Positions 1 through 8,823 of a DNA stretch of 64,000 bases are shown piece after piece. Position 1 is the stretch's first letter. Each line of letters starts with the position of its first letter. Under the pieces are notes generated by a model. That model made no database searches and was not told the origin of the DNA. It saw only the letters and a list, made by a program, of their open reading frames with translations. The stretch lies in the IMG/VR virus record IMGVR_UViG_3300028591_000083, positions 64,001-128,000 of that record. The stretch is one strand, 5' to 3'. The position numbers and the translations under genes are program-made. The stretch comes from a virus. Its lineage: Duplodnaviria > Caudoviricetes.

Positions 1-465
1 ATACTTACAGACATTATTCTTAAACATATAATTCTTAATGTTCAACTCTCCACCGTAATTACAGATGGCATTTCCTGAATTATTGATATTCTCGTTACTG
101 ATAGAAATAATCCTGAAAGGAATATCTGTATCTGTGGTTTCATAAATAGCTGCAATATCACCTTGCTGCCAAAACGGTTTACTAATGCGAAAATCTCTTT
201 CAACATGATTAGAGAACGCTTCAAGAAATTCATCTCTTGTATACTGTGAAAAGTCTTTCATGTAAAAGAAGTTTGCCAGATAACAAAATGTACCACAGTC
301 TTCACCAATGTTATTAAACTCCGCACGTACACAATCATCAAAATAAAATGTGATATTTTCAGTAGGTCTAGGATTTTCACCGTAATAATCATAGTGCGTT
401 TCTATATCAAGTTCTGAACTAATTTTAACCAAAGTGCAGTCTTTAAGTTTCAAATCAATATTCAT
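1..465 (-). CDS. hypothetical protein, runs off the window edge
   Basis: ATG at 465 after GGAGG; open frame MNIDLKLKDC... to position 1. Confidence 0.7.
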   Translation of the reverse strand, partial: MNIDLKLKDCTLVKISSELDIETHYDYYGENPRPTENITFYFDDCVRAEFNNIGEDCGTFCYLANFFYMKDFSQYTRDEFLEAFSNHVERDFRISKPFWQQGDIAAIYETTDTDIPFRIISISNENINNSGNAICNYGGELNIKNYMFKNNVCKY

Positions 466-483
466 TTTACAACAACCTCCATA

Positions 484-819
484 TCAATTCCACGGACACT
501 TTGAAATTTCATTGCACATAGCATTACAATCTTTACAATACCATTTATTGTCTCTGAGTTCAGCTTCATCACAATCTTCACACCTAGAACAAATTTTTTC
601 TGGTATAACACCGTCTTTTCTTTTATCACGCTCAACAAGAACGCTACATCTATATTTAAGTGAATTTGTAAATGCAAGTAAAATGTCATCAACACAAAAG
701 TCTTTTCCAATATCATAAAGAAGCCTATCTGCTACATCAGTTACGAGTTCATAGAGTTTATTTCTTAATTCATCTTCAACAATAATTTCGTATCCGTCAC
801 AAGGAAGTCTTTTTCTCAT
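484..819 (-). CDS. hypothetical protein, Cys-rich C-terminus
   Basis: ORF with RBS and ATGA overlap; CxxC pairs. Confidence 0.7.
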   Translation of the reverse strand: MRKRLPCDGYEIIVEDELRNKLYELVTDVADRLLYDIGKDFCVDDILLAFTNSLKYRCSVLVERDKRKDGVIPEKICSRCEDCDEAELRDNKWYCKDCNAMCNEISKCPWN

Positions 820-1076
820 TTTACATCCTCCTCGCTGCTAAAATGCGCCCTATAAAACTCAACCCACGCTTTCCTATATTCTACTTCATCTTTTGTAATA
901 TCAGAATCTTTCATGTTAAATAATCCAGTTGGATAAAATGCTCCTACATCCGGCAACCCTTGATCTATAAGTTTTGACGCCCAAATGATAGAAGCTAATG
1001 TCATTAGTTCTCCATATCCAATCTTTTCACCGAGTTCTCTTACTTCTTTCCAAGCTCTTTTTACCATTATATCCAT
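816..1076 (-). CDS. hypothetical protein, paralog of 54035..54400
   Basis: shared GY..LM...KL...YP..L.NMKDS pattern. Confidence 0.7.
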   Translation of the reverse strand: MDIMVKRAWKEVRELGEKIGYGELMTLASIIWASKLIDQGLPDVGAFYPTGLFNMKDSDITKDEVEYRKAWVEFYRAHFSSEEDVK

Positions 1077-1095
1077 CTCCTCAATCTAATTATAT

Positions 1096-1392
1096 TTACT
1101 TATTCTTATCATTATCGAACATCCATTTAATTTCATTCCGTGTAAAGATAAAATATTGCTTAGTGAGTTCCACTTCAATTTCTTTAAGTCGCGGTTCAAT
1201 TACCTTCTTTGTCGGATCAGATGCTTTTTCATAGTCATCCATAAGTTCAACATATTCTTTAACAAGTCTATAAACCGCAATATGTCTATCTACTCTATTA
1301 GTACCGGGAACATCCACATCAACTTTGTTCTTTCCATATGACAGGAAAAACGATTTTTCTCTCAATCTTTTAATTGCAGAAAACTCAGACAT
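1096..1392 (-). CDS. hypothetical protein
   Basis: ORF, AGGAGG RBS before ATG 1392. Confidence 0.7.
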   Translation of the reverse strand: MSEFSAIKRLREKSFFLSYGKNKVDVDVPGTNRVDRHIAVYRLVKEYVELMDDYEKASDPTKKVIEPRLKEIEVELTKQYFIFTRNEIKWMFDNDKNK

Positions 1393-1406
1393 TTTATTTT
1401 CCTCCT

Positions 1407-1766
1407 TTAACATCCAACCCAAATTCCTTTAATTTCTTCTTCACCAAAAATATCATTATTTCTATGAACAGTTCCAATTCCTGAAATATAAAAACCATTG
1501 TTGTTACAAATATATAGAAAGTCAATCGTAAGAGTTGTTTTTGCTGTATAACAGAAATCAGTTACTCCTGCGGCTTTAAGTGTTTCAAGAAACTGAACTG
1601 TATCTTCTTCATTATAAGGTGGATCAGAAACTTCAAAATCCTCTGCACCCATTCTAATAGACTCTCTGTAATTTTTAACAGCAACATATTCACCAACATG
1701 AGATCTTAAATATTTTCTGTCTTCAAACTTCTTATCCAGTTCTTCAAAGTATTCAATAGTTTTCAT
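1407..1766 (-). CDS. hypothetical protein
   Basis: ORF, GGAGG RBS before MKTIEY. Confidence 0.7.
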   Translation of the reverse strand: MKTIEYFEELDKKFEDRKYLRSHVGEYVAVKNYRESIRMGAEDFEVSDPPYNEEDTVQFLETLKAAGVTDFCYTAKTTLTIDFLYICNNNGFYISGIGTVHRNNDIFGEEEIKGIWVGC

Positions 1767-1792
1767 TCCTATGTCCCTCCTACATAAATCAA

Positions 1793-2020
1793 TTAAAATT
1801 TCAATATAACAGACAAAGTTGCCGGACAAGTGCTTTTTATAAGTGCTCCCAGATCAAGTGCTTTACGAACAACTTGATTATACCTTTGTCTTTCCTTACC
1901 GTCTTTTTTCGTAAAGTGAATAATAATTTCTCCGGCAAAATCACCGTCACAAGCAATAGCGTTGCAATACTTATTGTTTTCATTTATCTCATTTTCAATA
2001 AACTCAATCATTTTATTCAT
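1793..2020 (-). CDS. hypothetical protein
   Basis: ORF with RBS. Confidence 0.65.
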   Translation of the reverse strand: MNKMIEFIENEINENNKYCNAIACDGDFAGEIIIHFTKKDGKERQRYNQVVRKALDLGALIKSTCPATLSVILKF

Positions 2021-2213
2021 TTTTCATATCCTCCTTATCTGCTAAAACACGATCAAAAACAAGAGTTCTTTTGTTATCGAAAAAAATTTTAGTATTTGGG
2101 TAATCTTTAGAACATCCAAGATTATTATTGGTAAAAATCGCTTGTGCTAAAGAATCAGGAATAACAGTTTCAGTCTCAACTCCAAAACCTTTGTATATTC
2201 TTACTTTCCACAT
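2013..2213 (-). CDS. hypothetical protein (start MWKVRI)
   Basis: GGAGG RBS before ATG 2213. Confidence 0.6.
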   Translation of the reverse strand: MWKVRIYKGFGVETETVIPDSLAQAIFTNNNLGCSKDYPNTKIFFDNKRTLVFDRVLADKEDMKNE

Positions 2214-2217
2214 AGTA

Positions 2218-2481
2218 TCATGCCTCCATAAGAATTTCACGAATTGTATAATCTTTGATTTCAAATTCACGACAAACAGATTCAGCCTCTTCTTTTGTTT
2301 TGAACGCTGTAATTCTTTCAAAATCAGGATGTTACGCAATCTGCTTTTGAAGAATATCCCAATTCGTAAAGGAAGTTCAAAAAACGCCGACTGGATCATC
2401 CAATGTATAATTCCACGCACTAATAGCAAGGTAGTTTCTTCCAAAGGTATCGTTACTAATTACAAATCTTACCTGTTTCAT
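2218..2481 (-). pseudogene. 87-codon gene with two in-frame stops (TGA 2377-2379, TAA 2332-2334)
   Basis: RBS + ATG 2481; protein-like frame continues past both stops to ...FKTKEEAESVCREFEIKDYTIREILMEA*. Confidence 0.55.
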
Positions 2482-2539
2482 ATTGATATTCTCCTTCGTA
2501 ACATCCTGCTCACTATCGGCACTCTTTCCTCACAAATAT

Positions 2540-2568
2540 AGTATAACACATTTATGTCAAAAAGTCAA
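2540..2568 (-). promoter_or_regulatory. sigma70-type early promoter
   Basis: TTGACT-N17-TATACT with TG extension. Confidence 0.85.
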
Positions 2569-2591
2569 GTCTTTTCAAGAAAATATGACAT

Positions 2592-2623
2592 AAAAAACTA
2601 CCCAAATAATATGGGTAGTTTTT
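2592..2623 (-). terminator. intrinsic terminator
   Basis: AAAAACTACCCA..TGGGTAGTTTTT inverted repeat. Confidence 0.8.
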
Positions 2624-2640
2624 GTTTAGTATTACTAATA

Positions 2641-3249
2641 TTATTTGTATTTTAGAATCCTATTTGCTTTCGTTGAATCAATACCAAGAACTTGTGTTAA
2701 GACATTAAATAGATACGGTCTAATATCCCAATCACCACCGGCTTCAAAATCATCTGTCCAATCAACCATAATTGCATCAAAGTCCAAATCTCCGCGATCA
2801 TCAATATACTCCTTTAGCTGCCAATATGTATTGCTATTTTTATCAAGTTTATCAAGAAGATAATCACCAGTATAATCCAATACCTTATTTATCATCTTTA
2901 CAGCGGTTTCTATCGTTTTTACAGATTCCTTATTTGACGGATCATTTATAAATCTATCGGAGGATTCTCTAATCATTAATTTCATAGGTCTATTTTTAGC
3001 AAGTCTTTCATTTCTAGGATTTGCTCGGCTTATAATTTCAAGATCATCCTCAACAGTATTTAATATATAAGGACCAATACCTGAATCATCTTTCGCCTTA
3101 AAAAATCCATTGTTAGATTGCATACTATCAAGACAGGTATATTCAACATCAGCCGCCTCAGAAGACGGTTTTCCTTGTCTAGTTCTAACTACTCTAAATA
3201 TATCTCCTTTGAAAATATCATATACTTGTTTTCCTCTGTATGTTAGCAT
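2641..3249 (-). CDS. hypothetical, putative capsid-packaged protein
   Basis: internal KLMIRES motif; upstream hairpin element. Confidence 0.7.
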   Translation of the reverse strand: MLTYRGKQVYDIFKGDIFRVVRTRQGKPSSEAADVEYTCLDSMQSNNGFFKAKDDSGIGPYILNTVEDDLEIISRANPRNERLAKNRPMKLMIRESSDRFINDPSNKESVKTIETAVKMINKVLDYTGDYLLDKLDKNSNTYWQLKEYIDDRGDLDFDAIMVDWTDDFEAGGDWDIRPYLFNVLTQVLGIDSTKANRILKYK

Positions 3250-3274
3250 AATCGTTTCATTCCTTTCTCAATAT

Positions 3275-3338
3275 AAAAACACTATCCGTAAAGAGCATAT
3301 AAGCTCCACACGAATAGTGTTTTAAGTTGTTTTTTTTG
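3275..3338 (-). promoter_or_regulatory. repeated A-tract + hairpin/U-run element (putative late promoter within a terminator)
   Basis: CAAAAAAAAAC-N8-ACACTAT, then stem closing ATAGTGTTTTT. Confidence 0.6.
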
Positions 3339-3363
3339 AATTTTATATCATATAATTTTCACA

Positions 3364-4167
3364 TCAAGGAGTAAGACCACAAGCAGATAAGATATCCCAC
3401 ATACCTTCAAGATGCTCTGTACTTCCGTCATCAGAATAAGTAACATCCGCTTCATCATTTCTAAGATCAATTACCCAGAAATCTCCCGTATTATCTGTAT
3501 ATTCAAATACCCATGGATCTTCTCTTGTAGCGACTGCACCGTTAAGAAGCAAACCTTCTCTAATTAAAGTATCCATATCATAGTTTGAGAAATTATAGCA
3601 TCTTGATCCGAAATTATCAGCCTTTTCAGGAGTGTCTAATCTATTAACACTATATTTTTCAATCTCTGTATAACGACCGTTATTATCCCAAATAATAGCT
3701 GCCCAACCATCTCTTGCATTATATGTAGCATAGAAACCAAATGGCATAAAATAATCCCAATGACAATCATCAGAATATTCAAATCCCCAACCTTCTAATT
3801 CATCAGTAATTTCAGATTTGAATTCATCATATTCTCCGTAACCGACCTCACTAGCTTCTTTAATACTTCTTTTTCTAGTTCTTGATTTAGATTCGTTTTC
3901 AGTTTTATCGTATTGTTTTACATACTCATTAACTTTACTTAAAGATGCTTTTGCATCAGAAAGTAAATCGTATAGTGTTGAATCTGCCGATCCTTTATTA
4001 TTATTTTTTGTTAGATATTTTCCAACTCTATTTAAAATTTCTTTGCTTGCTAAATCTGAAATCTCTTCAAGTTTTGTCCACGAAAAAGTATATATACTTC
4101 CTTTTTCGTCAGCTATCATATAAGGTTTGTCGTAACGCTCATTCAACTTCTTAACCATAATTATCAT
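3364..4167 (-). CDS. hypothetical, putative capsid-packaged polyprotein
   Basis: KKLNER and ESKSRTRKRSIKEA motifs; acidic C-terminal domain. Confidence 0.75.
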   Translation of the reverse strand: MIIMVKKLNERYDKPYMIADEKGSIYTFSWTKLEEISDLASKEILNRVGKYLTKNNNKGSADSTLYDLLSDAKASLSKVNEYVKQYDKTENESKSRTRKRSIKEASEVGYGEYDEFKSEITDELEGWGFEYSDDCHWDYFMPFGFYATYNARDGWAAIIWDNNGRYTEIEKYSVNRLDTPEKADNFGSRCYNFSNYDMDTLIREGLLLNGAVATREDPWVFEYTDNTGDFWVIDLRNDEADVTYSDDGSTEHLEGMWDILSACGLTP

Positions 4168-4197
4168 TATCCTTTCATTTTAATTTGTTAATAAAAT

Positions 4198-4268
4198 AAA
4201 AAACACTATCCAAAAGTAGAGCGTTTATAAGCTCTACATGGATAGTGTTGATTGTTGGTTTTTTTTTG
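4198..4268 (-). promoter_or_regulatory. repeated A-tract + hairpin/U-run element
   Basis: CAAAAAAAAAC-N9-ACACTATCC...GGATAGTGTTTTTT. Confidence 0.6.
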
Positions 4269-4307
4269 TATTTTTTAGTTGATAAATTTATAATTCGACA
4301 TTAAATA

Positions 4308-4577
4308 TTATCTTAATGAATTTCTCAAATTACTAAATTCCTTGAAAATTTCATTAAATAAATCACCTATCGCATTTATAGAATCATTTGCTTCTGCCAA
4401 ATTTATCTCCGATATATCACCTTTTTGAAATGCGGAATAAAGATCTGTTCGCATAAAGTCAGAACACTCTTTACTTACATCACGGGAATTCTGTGCGATA
4501 TTTACCATATCATCTCTAAATGAATCAAGTAAGCCATCAGTAATTCTAGTATAATCTTCGTGTAATCTTCTAATCAT
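4308..4577 (-). CDS. hypothetical, putative capsid-packaged protein
   Basis: GAAAGGA RBS; starts MIRRLHED. Confidence 0.7.
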   Translation of the reverse strand: MIRRLHEDYTRITDGLLDSFRDDMVNIAQNSRDVSKECSDFMRTDLYSAFQKGDISEINLAEANDSINAIGDLFNEIFKEFSNLRNSLR

Positions 4578-4612
4578 AATAAAAACATCCTTTCTATTTT
4601 TCAAATAATAAT

Positions 4613-4681
4613 AAAAAATTACCCATGTGAACCATACTTAAACGGTTCACATGGATATTGTAATTTGTTTGTTTTTTTTTG
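4613..4681 (-). promoter_or_regulatory. repeated A-tract + hairpin/U-run element
   Basis: CAAAAAAAAAAC-N9-ACAATATCCATGTGAACC...GGTTCACATGGGTAATTTTTT. Confidence 0.6.
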
Positions 4682-4728
4682 CGTTTTGAGTAGATAAATT
4701 TATAATTTTCGTATTGTAATTCAACACA

Positions 4729-5178
4729 TCACCAAACAGAAACGCCTAGTAATTCTGCGTCATCTTCAGTGATATCTCGCTCAGTTACAAGTTTAATCGG
4801 AATATAAACATCCACAATATATAGTTGAAGATCTCCATTTTCCCATTCTTTAATATCAGATGAATCTGCCTCTAGTCCATCTTCATCTCCTAAGAAATTA
4901 GTAACCAATCTATTATCAATAATTCCCCAGTCTTTAGGATCAGAAGGAGCATCAACTTGTACTTGCACTGTTTTAATAAAATCTTCTATTGAACTATATG
5001 TTCCACGAACATCAATATCCCACTCATTGACAAATTTACCCTGTCCAACACCATAGTGATCTTCATGCATAGTTACCCATCCTTTACCTGCTAAAATGCG
5101 TAACCTACCTTCCAAGCTCTCTTTAATATTTCTTCTGCGCATTTTACGATTAGATTCTTTCATATACTTCTTTACCAT
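4729..5178 (-). CDS. hypothetical, putative capsid-packaged protein
   Basis: MVKKYMKESNRKMRRRNIKES leader, then acidic domain. Confidence 0.75.
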   Translation of the reverse strand: MVKKYMKESNRKMRRRNIKESLEGRLRILAGKGWVTMHEDHYGVGQGKFVNEWDIDVRGTYSSIEDFIKTVQVQVDAPSDPKDWGIIDNRLVTNFLGDEDGLEADSSDIKEWENGDLQLYIVDVYIPIKLVTERDITEDDAELLGVSVW

Positions 5179-5207
5179 GTTAAAACATCCTTTCTATTTT
5201 CAACAAT

Positions 5208-5280
5208 AAAAAAATTAAGTAGTGAGTACAAGCGGTCTTTCCTGTACTCACTACTTAATGTATTTTGGTGTTTTTTTTTG
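5208..5280 (-). promoter_or_regulatory. repeated A-tract + hairpin/U-run element
   Basis: CAAAAAAAAAC-N8-ACATTAAGTAGTGAGTACA...TGTACTCACTACTTAATTTTTTT. Confidence 0.6.
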
Positions 5281-5305
5281 TGATTTTGATTATATAATTC
5301 CTATA

Positions 5306-5899
5306 TTATCGCCAAATCTCATAGAGTTCTGTTTCAATATCAATCAGGCGGCTAACAATATCATCCATGTTATAATTATCCGGATATTTATTAACCATAT
5401 AAGAAATCTTATCAATATCTTCCTTTAGATGTTCACATACATCATTTACTGTTTCAATGGTATATGATTCATTCATTACACTCTTTACTGATATTGTTTT
5501 TCTTGTTCGGCTCTCAGTCTTTCCACTATAGTTACTTACAATCTGATTTACAATACCGCCAGTGCGCTCAAGTTCATTTGTGGCTCCTTCAAATGTAACA
5601 GTATCAATTCTATGATCTTCATATTCATTCTCAGAACGCCATTTTACTGTAATAAATGTATCGCGGTCTGGATAGTATGGATCATCACCGAAATCATACC
5701 AAAGAGCAACAAAACCAATAGTCTTACCGTTCTTTAGAAGATAAATTGTAGCATTTCCACAATCATCATAAATCTGACCTTCATGAGTTTCTGTTTCAAC
5801 ACCGTATTTCTTTGCAATGCGTCCTTGAACAGCATTCATCATTCTATAAAATGCTTTCTTGTTTTCGTTCGTGTCTGATTCTTTCATTAGCTTAATCAT
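5306..5899 (-). CDS. hypothetical, putative capsid-packaged polyprotein
   Basis: MIKLMKES and ESRTRKT..VMNES motifs. Confidence 0.75.
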   Translation of the reverse strand: MIKLMKESDTNENKKAFYRMMNAVQGRIAKKYGVETETHEGQIYDDCGNATIYLLKNGKTIGFVALWYDFGDDPYYPDRDTFITVKWRSENEYEDHRIDTVTFEGATNELERTGGIVNQIVSNYSGKTESRTRKTISVKSVMNESYTIETVNDVCEHLKEDIDKISYMVNKYPDNYNMDDIVSRLIDIETELYEIWR

Positions 5900-5986
5900 T
5901 GTATATCGCCCTTTCTTTTTTAATCATTGTTGAATTCAAAGTCATCTACTTCATAGATGCTGAACCGCTTAATTATATTATTGAAT

Positions 5987-6691
5987 TTATTTTTTCAAAT
6001 AATTCACATCTACCGGATATAATGTTATAGTTCTATGTGCTGCTGTTTTTATACAAATATCAATAGTATTTGCTGCTGAATAGTTTGTTGTCACATCACT
6101 AGAAAAAGATATCAACGACATATTTATTGTACCATTTGAATTTCTAAGACCACAACTATTGCAGAATTTAATTACAAAATCGCCCTCAAATAATTTTCTG
6201 ATATATCTCATAATAATAGAATAATCAAACAACGATGCAACCTCCTTCCGCGAATTATTTATTCTATGCGAAATTTCTTTCTCATAAGCACAATATTTAC
6301 TCCTATCATTAAAATCATAGAATACATTTTGTCTTGTGGATGTTTTATTTGAATTTTTACCTAAACAATGTTTGATATAGTGCTTATTCATATTTCCGCC
6401 TGACGTAAAATCTTCATTTAAGTCAGAACTATCTCTAATGATATCATTAAGAACAGCAAATATTTCTTCTGCAAATTCTTCGGCAATTTCATCATCATAT
6501 GAATCATATTCAGTGAAATCCATATCATCTTCAGGATCATAGAAATTATCATCTTCATAGATGTTTGACAATTTTTCTACCACAATTAACACCTCAAATA
6601 TTGCAGAAATATCCAATGTGAACAACTCAAAAACAAGCTGTTCACATAGATATTGTTTTAGAATCTTTGTTTTATTATTGAATTCTCTCAA
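5987..6691 (-). CDS. hypothetical, possible toxin-like nuclease domain (alternative GTG start 6583)
   Basis: acidic leader, LNEDF, then NKHYIKH motif. Confidence 0.6.
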   Translation of the reverse strand: MREFNNKTKILKQYLCEQLVFELFTLDISAIFEVLIVVEKLSNIYEDDNFYDPEDDMDFTEYDSYDDEIAEEFAEEIFAVLNDIIRDSSDLNEDFTSGGNMNKHYIKHCLGKNSNKTSTRQNVFYDFNDRSKYCAYEKEISHRINNSRKEVASLFDYSIIMRYIRKLFEGDFVIKFCNSCGLRNSNGTINMSLISFSSDVTTNYSAANTIDICIKTAAHRTITLYPVDVNYLKK

Positions 6692-6893
6692 TATTTTTTA
6701 AGATAGCACCGAATTTAGAAACAGAATCAGTAATGAAATCTTTGATGCTTTTCTCGGCTTTTAAGTATTCCTCATTAGTAAGGTTTCCTTTCTCTACTCG
6801 CAAAATTTCAGAAAGGAGTTTAATGTTCTGCGACAACATCAAAAGCTCACAAGCATCTTTTTCACGGTTACTGAAAATTATAAAATCGTTCAT
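6675..6893 (-). CDS. hypothetical protein
   Basis: ORF with RBS. Confidence 0.65.
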   Translation of the reverse strand: MNDFIIFSNREKDACELLMLSQNIKLLSEILRVEKGNLTNEEYLKAEKSIKDFITDSVSKFGAILKNIERIQ

Positions 6894-6903
6894 ATTCCTC
6901 TCC

Positions 6904-7218
6904 TTATCTATTAAACCAAATTACATAAGGATATTTGTTTCTAAGTTCTTTAATCTCATTAGGAAGTTCAATTATTCCGGCGCAGAGGTCACTTGAATCT
7001 ATATCATCAATATCCAAACCATTATCAAAACATTCACATTCAAGAATAAGATAAAGATCATCCGGATCTATTGAAACATTCGTTTCATTTTCTCCGTCAT
7101 GGAAATGTCCACCGCCATCATAAGATGTGATAACCTTATCAATTACATATTCCAGAAACTTACTGAATGTGTAGACCTTACCTTCTGTTTCAGCTTGTAC
7201 TTGTTCAATCGTTTTCAT
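6904..7218 (-). CDS. hypothetical protein
   Basis: ORF, ATGA overlap. Confidence 0.7.
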   Translation of the reverse strand: MKTIEQVQAETEGKVYTFSKFLEYVIDKVITSYDGGGHFHDGENETNVSIDPDDLYLILECECFDNGLDIDDIDSSDLCAGIIELPNEIKELRNKYPYVIWFNR

Positions 7219-7556
7219 TTTTCACTTTCCTCCTTAAGCATAGTCTCAAATGATCTAATTTCATCATCAACATAAAAATCGGTCATGTCGTAGTTAAGAG
7301 ATTTTCTAAGTTTATATAGTTGAAATCCTACATAATCACATTCTCCCTCTTTATCCCGAAGAAGATTTTTATAAAACTCAACACATTTATTAAGTGAATA
7401 AACTTCCATTGCAAGTGTTTCGATAATATATAAAAGAGATCCACTTTTTCCATTATTGTGAAAAACTACTTTTCTTACTCCTTCTTTGTTAAAACGCTCA
7501 ACTTTAGTTAAAATGTTAAAAACTTCTTCGCGTGTAATTGTTTCTGTTTTATCCAT
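7215..7556 (-). CDS. hypothetical protein
   Basis: ORF with RBS. Confidence 0.7.
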   Translation of the reverse strand: MDKTETITREEVFNILTKVERFNKEGVRKVVFHNNGKSGSLLYIIETLAMEVYSLNKCVEFYKNLLRDKEGECDYVGFQLYKLRKSLNYDMTDFYVDDEIRSFETMLKEESEK

Positions 7557-7559
7557 GTA

Positions 7560-7961
7560 TCATTCCTCCAAATATTCGATACGTTTGATTTTCTTTACGT
7601 CTGTCTCAACGTCAGTGATTGAAATTTCAATGGTTTGATTTCCATCGTAGTAGTCGTATACATGTCCATGTTCCCAGTAATCTTGAAGAACATCATCTAT
7701 GAGTGGAATCACCACTTCGTCAACAACATAATTCTTTTCGCCATATCTACCGCAGTTATTTTTGATGGTGTTCAAAAATTCAACGGCTTCTTCCGACCGA
7801 TCAAACACCCGTATTGCAGAATACGAATAATCCTCAATTTTTGTATATTCATAAAATTCCTGATCGAAATATCTTGAAACATGATTCTGGAGAAATTTGC
7901 TATTGAAGTAAAAATCTCCGTCTGTATAAATCGAAAACTCGACAACAGTTAATTTCTTCAT
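7560..7961 (-). CDS. hypothetical protein
   Basis: ORF with RBS. Confidence 0.7.
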   Translation of the reverse strand: MKKLTVVEFSIYTDGDFYFNSKFLQNHVSRYFDQEFYEYTKIEDYSYSAIRVFDRSEEAVEFLNTIKNNCGRYGEKNYVVDEVVIPLIDDVLQDYWEHGHVYDYYDGNQTIEISITDVETDVKKIKRIEYLEE

Positions 7962-7970
7962 ATAATCACC

Positions 7971-8267
7971 TCAATAACTCAAATCACTTGTATTTGTATT
8001 ACACCATTGAACTGTTTTAATAAGAATGCCAATAAGCCATGTTTTTCTTTCTTCTTGTGTTTTCGCGGATAATTCATGTACTTCAGATTCTAACAGATCA
8101 CAAACTACTCCTTCAACCAGGTATCTGTAATAAAGAGTTCCGTCACCTTCTGAATTATAAAAATATCCGGTTGTAATAAGGTCAAATCCTGTTTTCTGTT
8201 TTTCTTTTGCCGCTTGATAAATAAGTTCATATTTGGTATTATAGAGTTGCAGTCTTGGAAGTTTCAT
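7971..8267 (-). CDS. hypothetical protein
   Basis: ORF with RBS. Confidence 0.7.
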   Translation of the reverse strand: MKLPRLQLYNTKYELIYQAAKEKQKTGFDLITTGYFYNSEGDGTLYYRYLVEGVVCDLLESEVHELSAKTQEERKTWLIGILIKTVQWCNTNTSDLSY

Positions 8268-8288
8268 TTTATTTACCTCCTACATTCA

Positions 8289-8567
8289 TCATGTAAACTG
8301 AATATGTCTGTTTTCATAGTCTGCCAGTTTTGTGTTTGCTTTGTCAAGTTCTTTACAGATTTCAAGATACTTGATCTTTGTTCTTGCTGCTTTGAGCTTG
8401 ATATCAAACCACTGCACGATTTCCGGATCACTAAGATAAACCTTAATATCATCAGGAATAGTACCATCAATAAAATACTTTGTTATTGTCTTATCTGTGC
8501 CATCTTTCGCAAGCTCCGCGATCAGCTTAGACATCTTGTTATACACCTTTGCATACATATTAGTCAT
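8289..8567 (-). CDS. hypothetical protein
   Basis: ORF with RBS. Confidence 0.7.
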   Translation of the reverse strand: MTNMYAKVYNKMSKLIAELAKDGTDKTITKYFIDGTIPDDIKVYLSDPEIVQWFDIKLKAARTKIKYLEICKELDKANTKLADYENRHIQFT

Positions 8568-8569
8568 AA

Positions 8570-8770
8570 TTATTTCTCCTTTCTTAAAGTAACGAAAATA
8601 TCAAACTCACCAGAAGGTTTAACATCTACTACATCACAATCATTAAAACGGTGATCACAGACTTGATACTTTGCAGCATAATTCTTATCAAAAACAAAAG
8701 TATCGTTTTCAAATGTTATATAAACAAATGTATATGGTGTATATTTGTTAATAAGATCCTTGAATTTCAT
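8570..8770 (-). CDS. hypothetical protein
   Basis: ORF with GGAGGT RBS. Confidence 0.65.
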   Translation of the reverse strand: MKFKDLINKYTPYTFVYITFENDTFVFDKNYAAKYQVCDHRFNDCDVVDVKPSGEFDIFVTLRKEK

Positions 8771-8823
8771 ATTTAACTACCTCCGTATTATAAAATTTTT
8801 ACTAACTCACATTCTTCTTTTAG

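Noticed and set aside
3250-5300. CRISPR array or attC integron cassettes
   Set aside because: Repeats are not identical, the intervening sequences are whole genes, and no GTTRRRY/RYYYAAC cores, integrase or cas genes were seen
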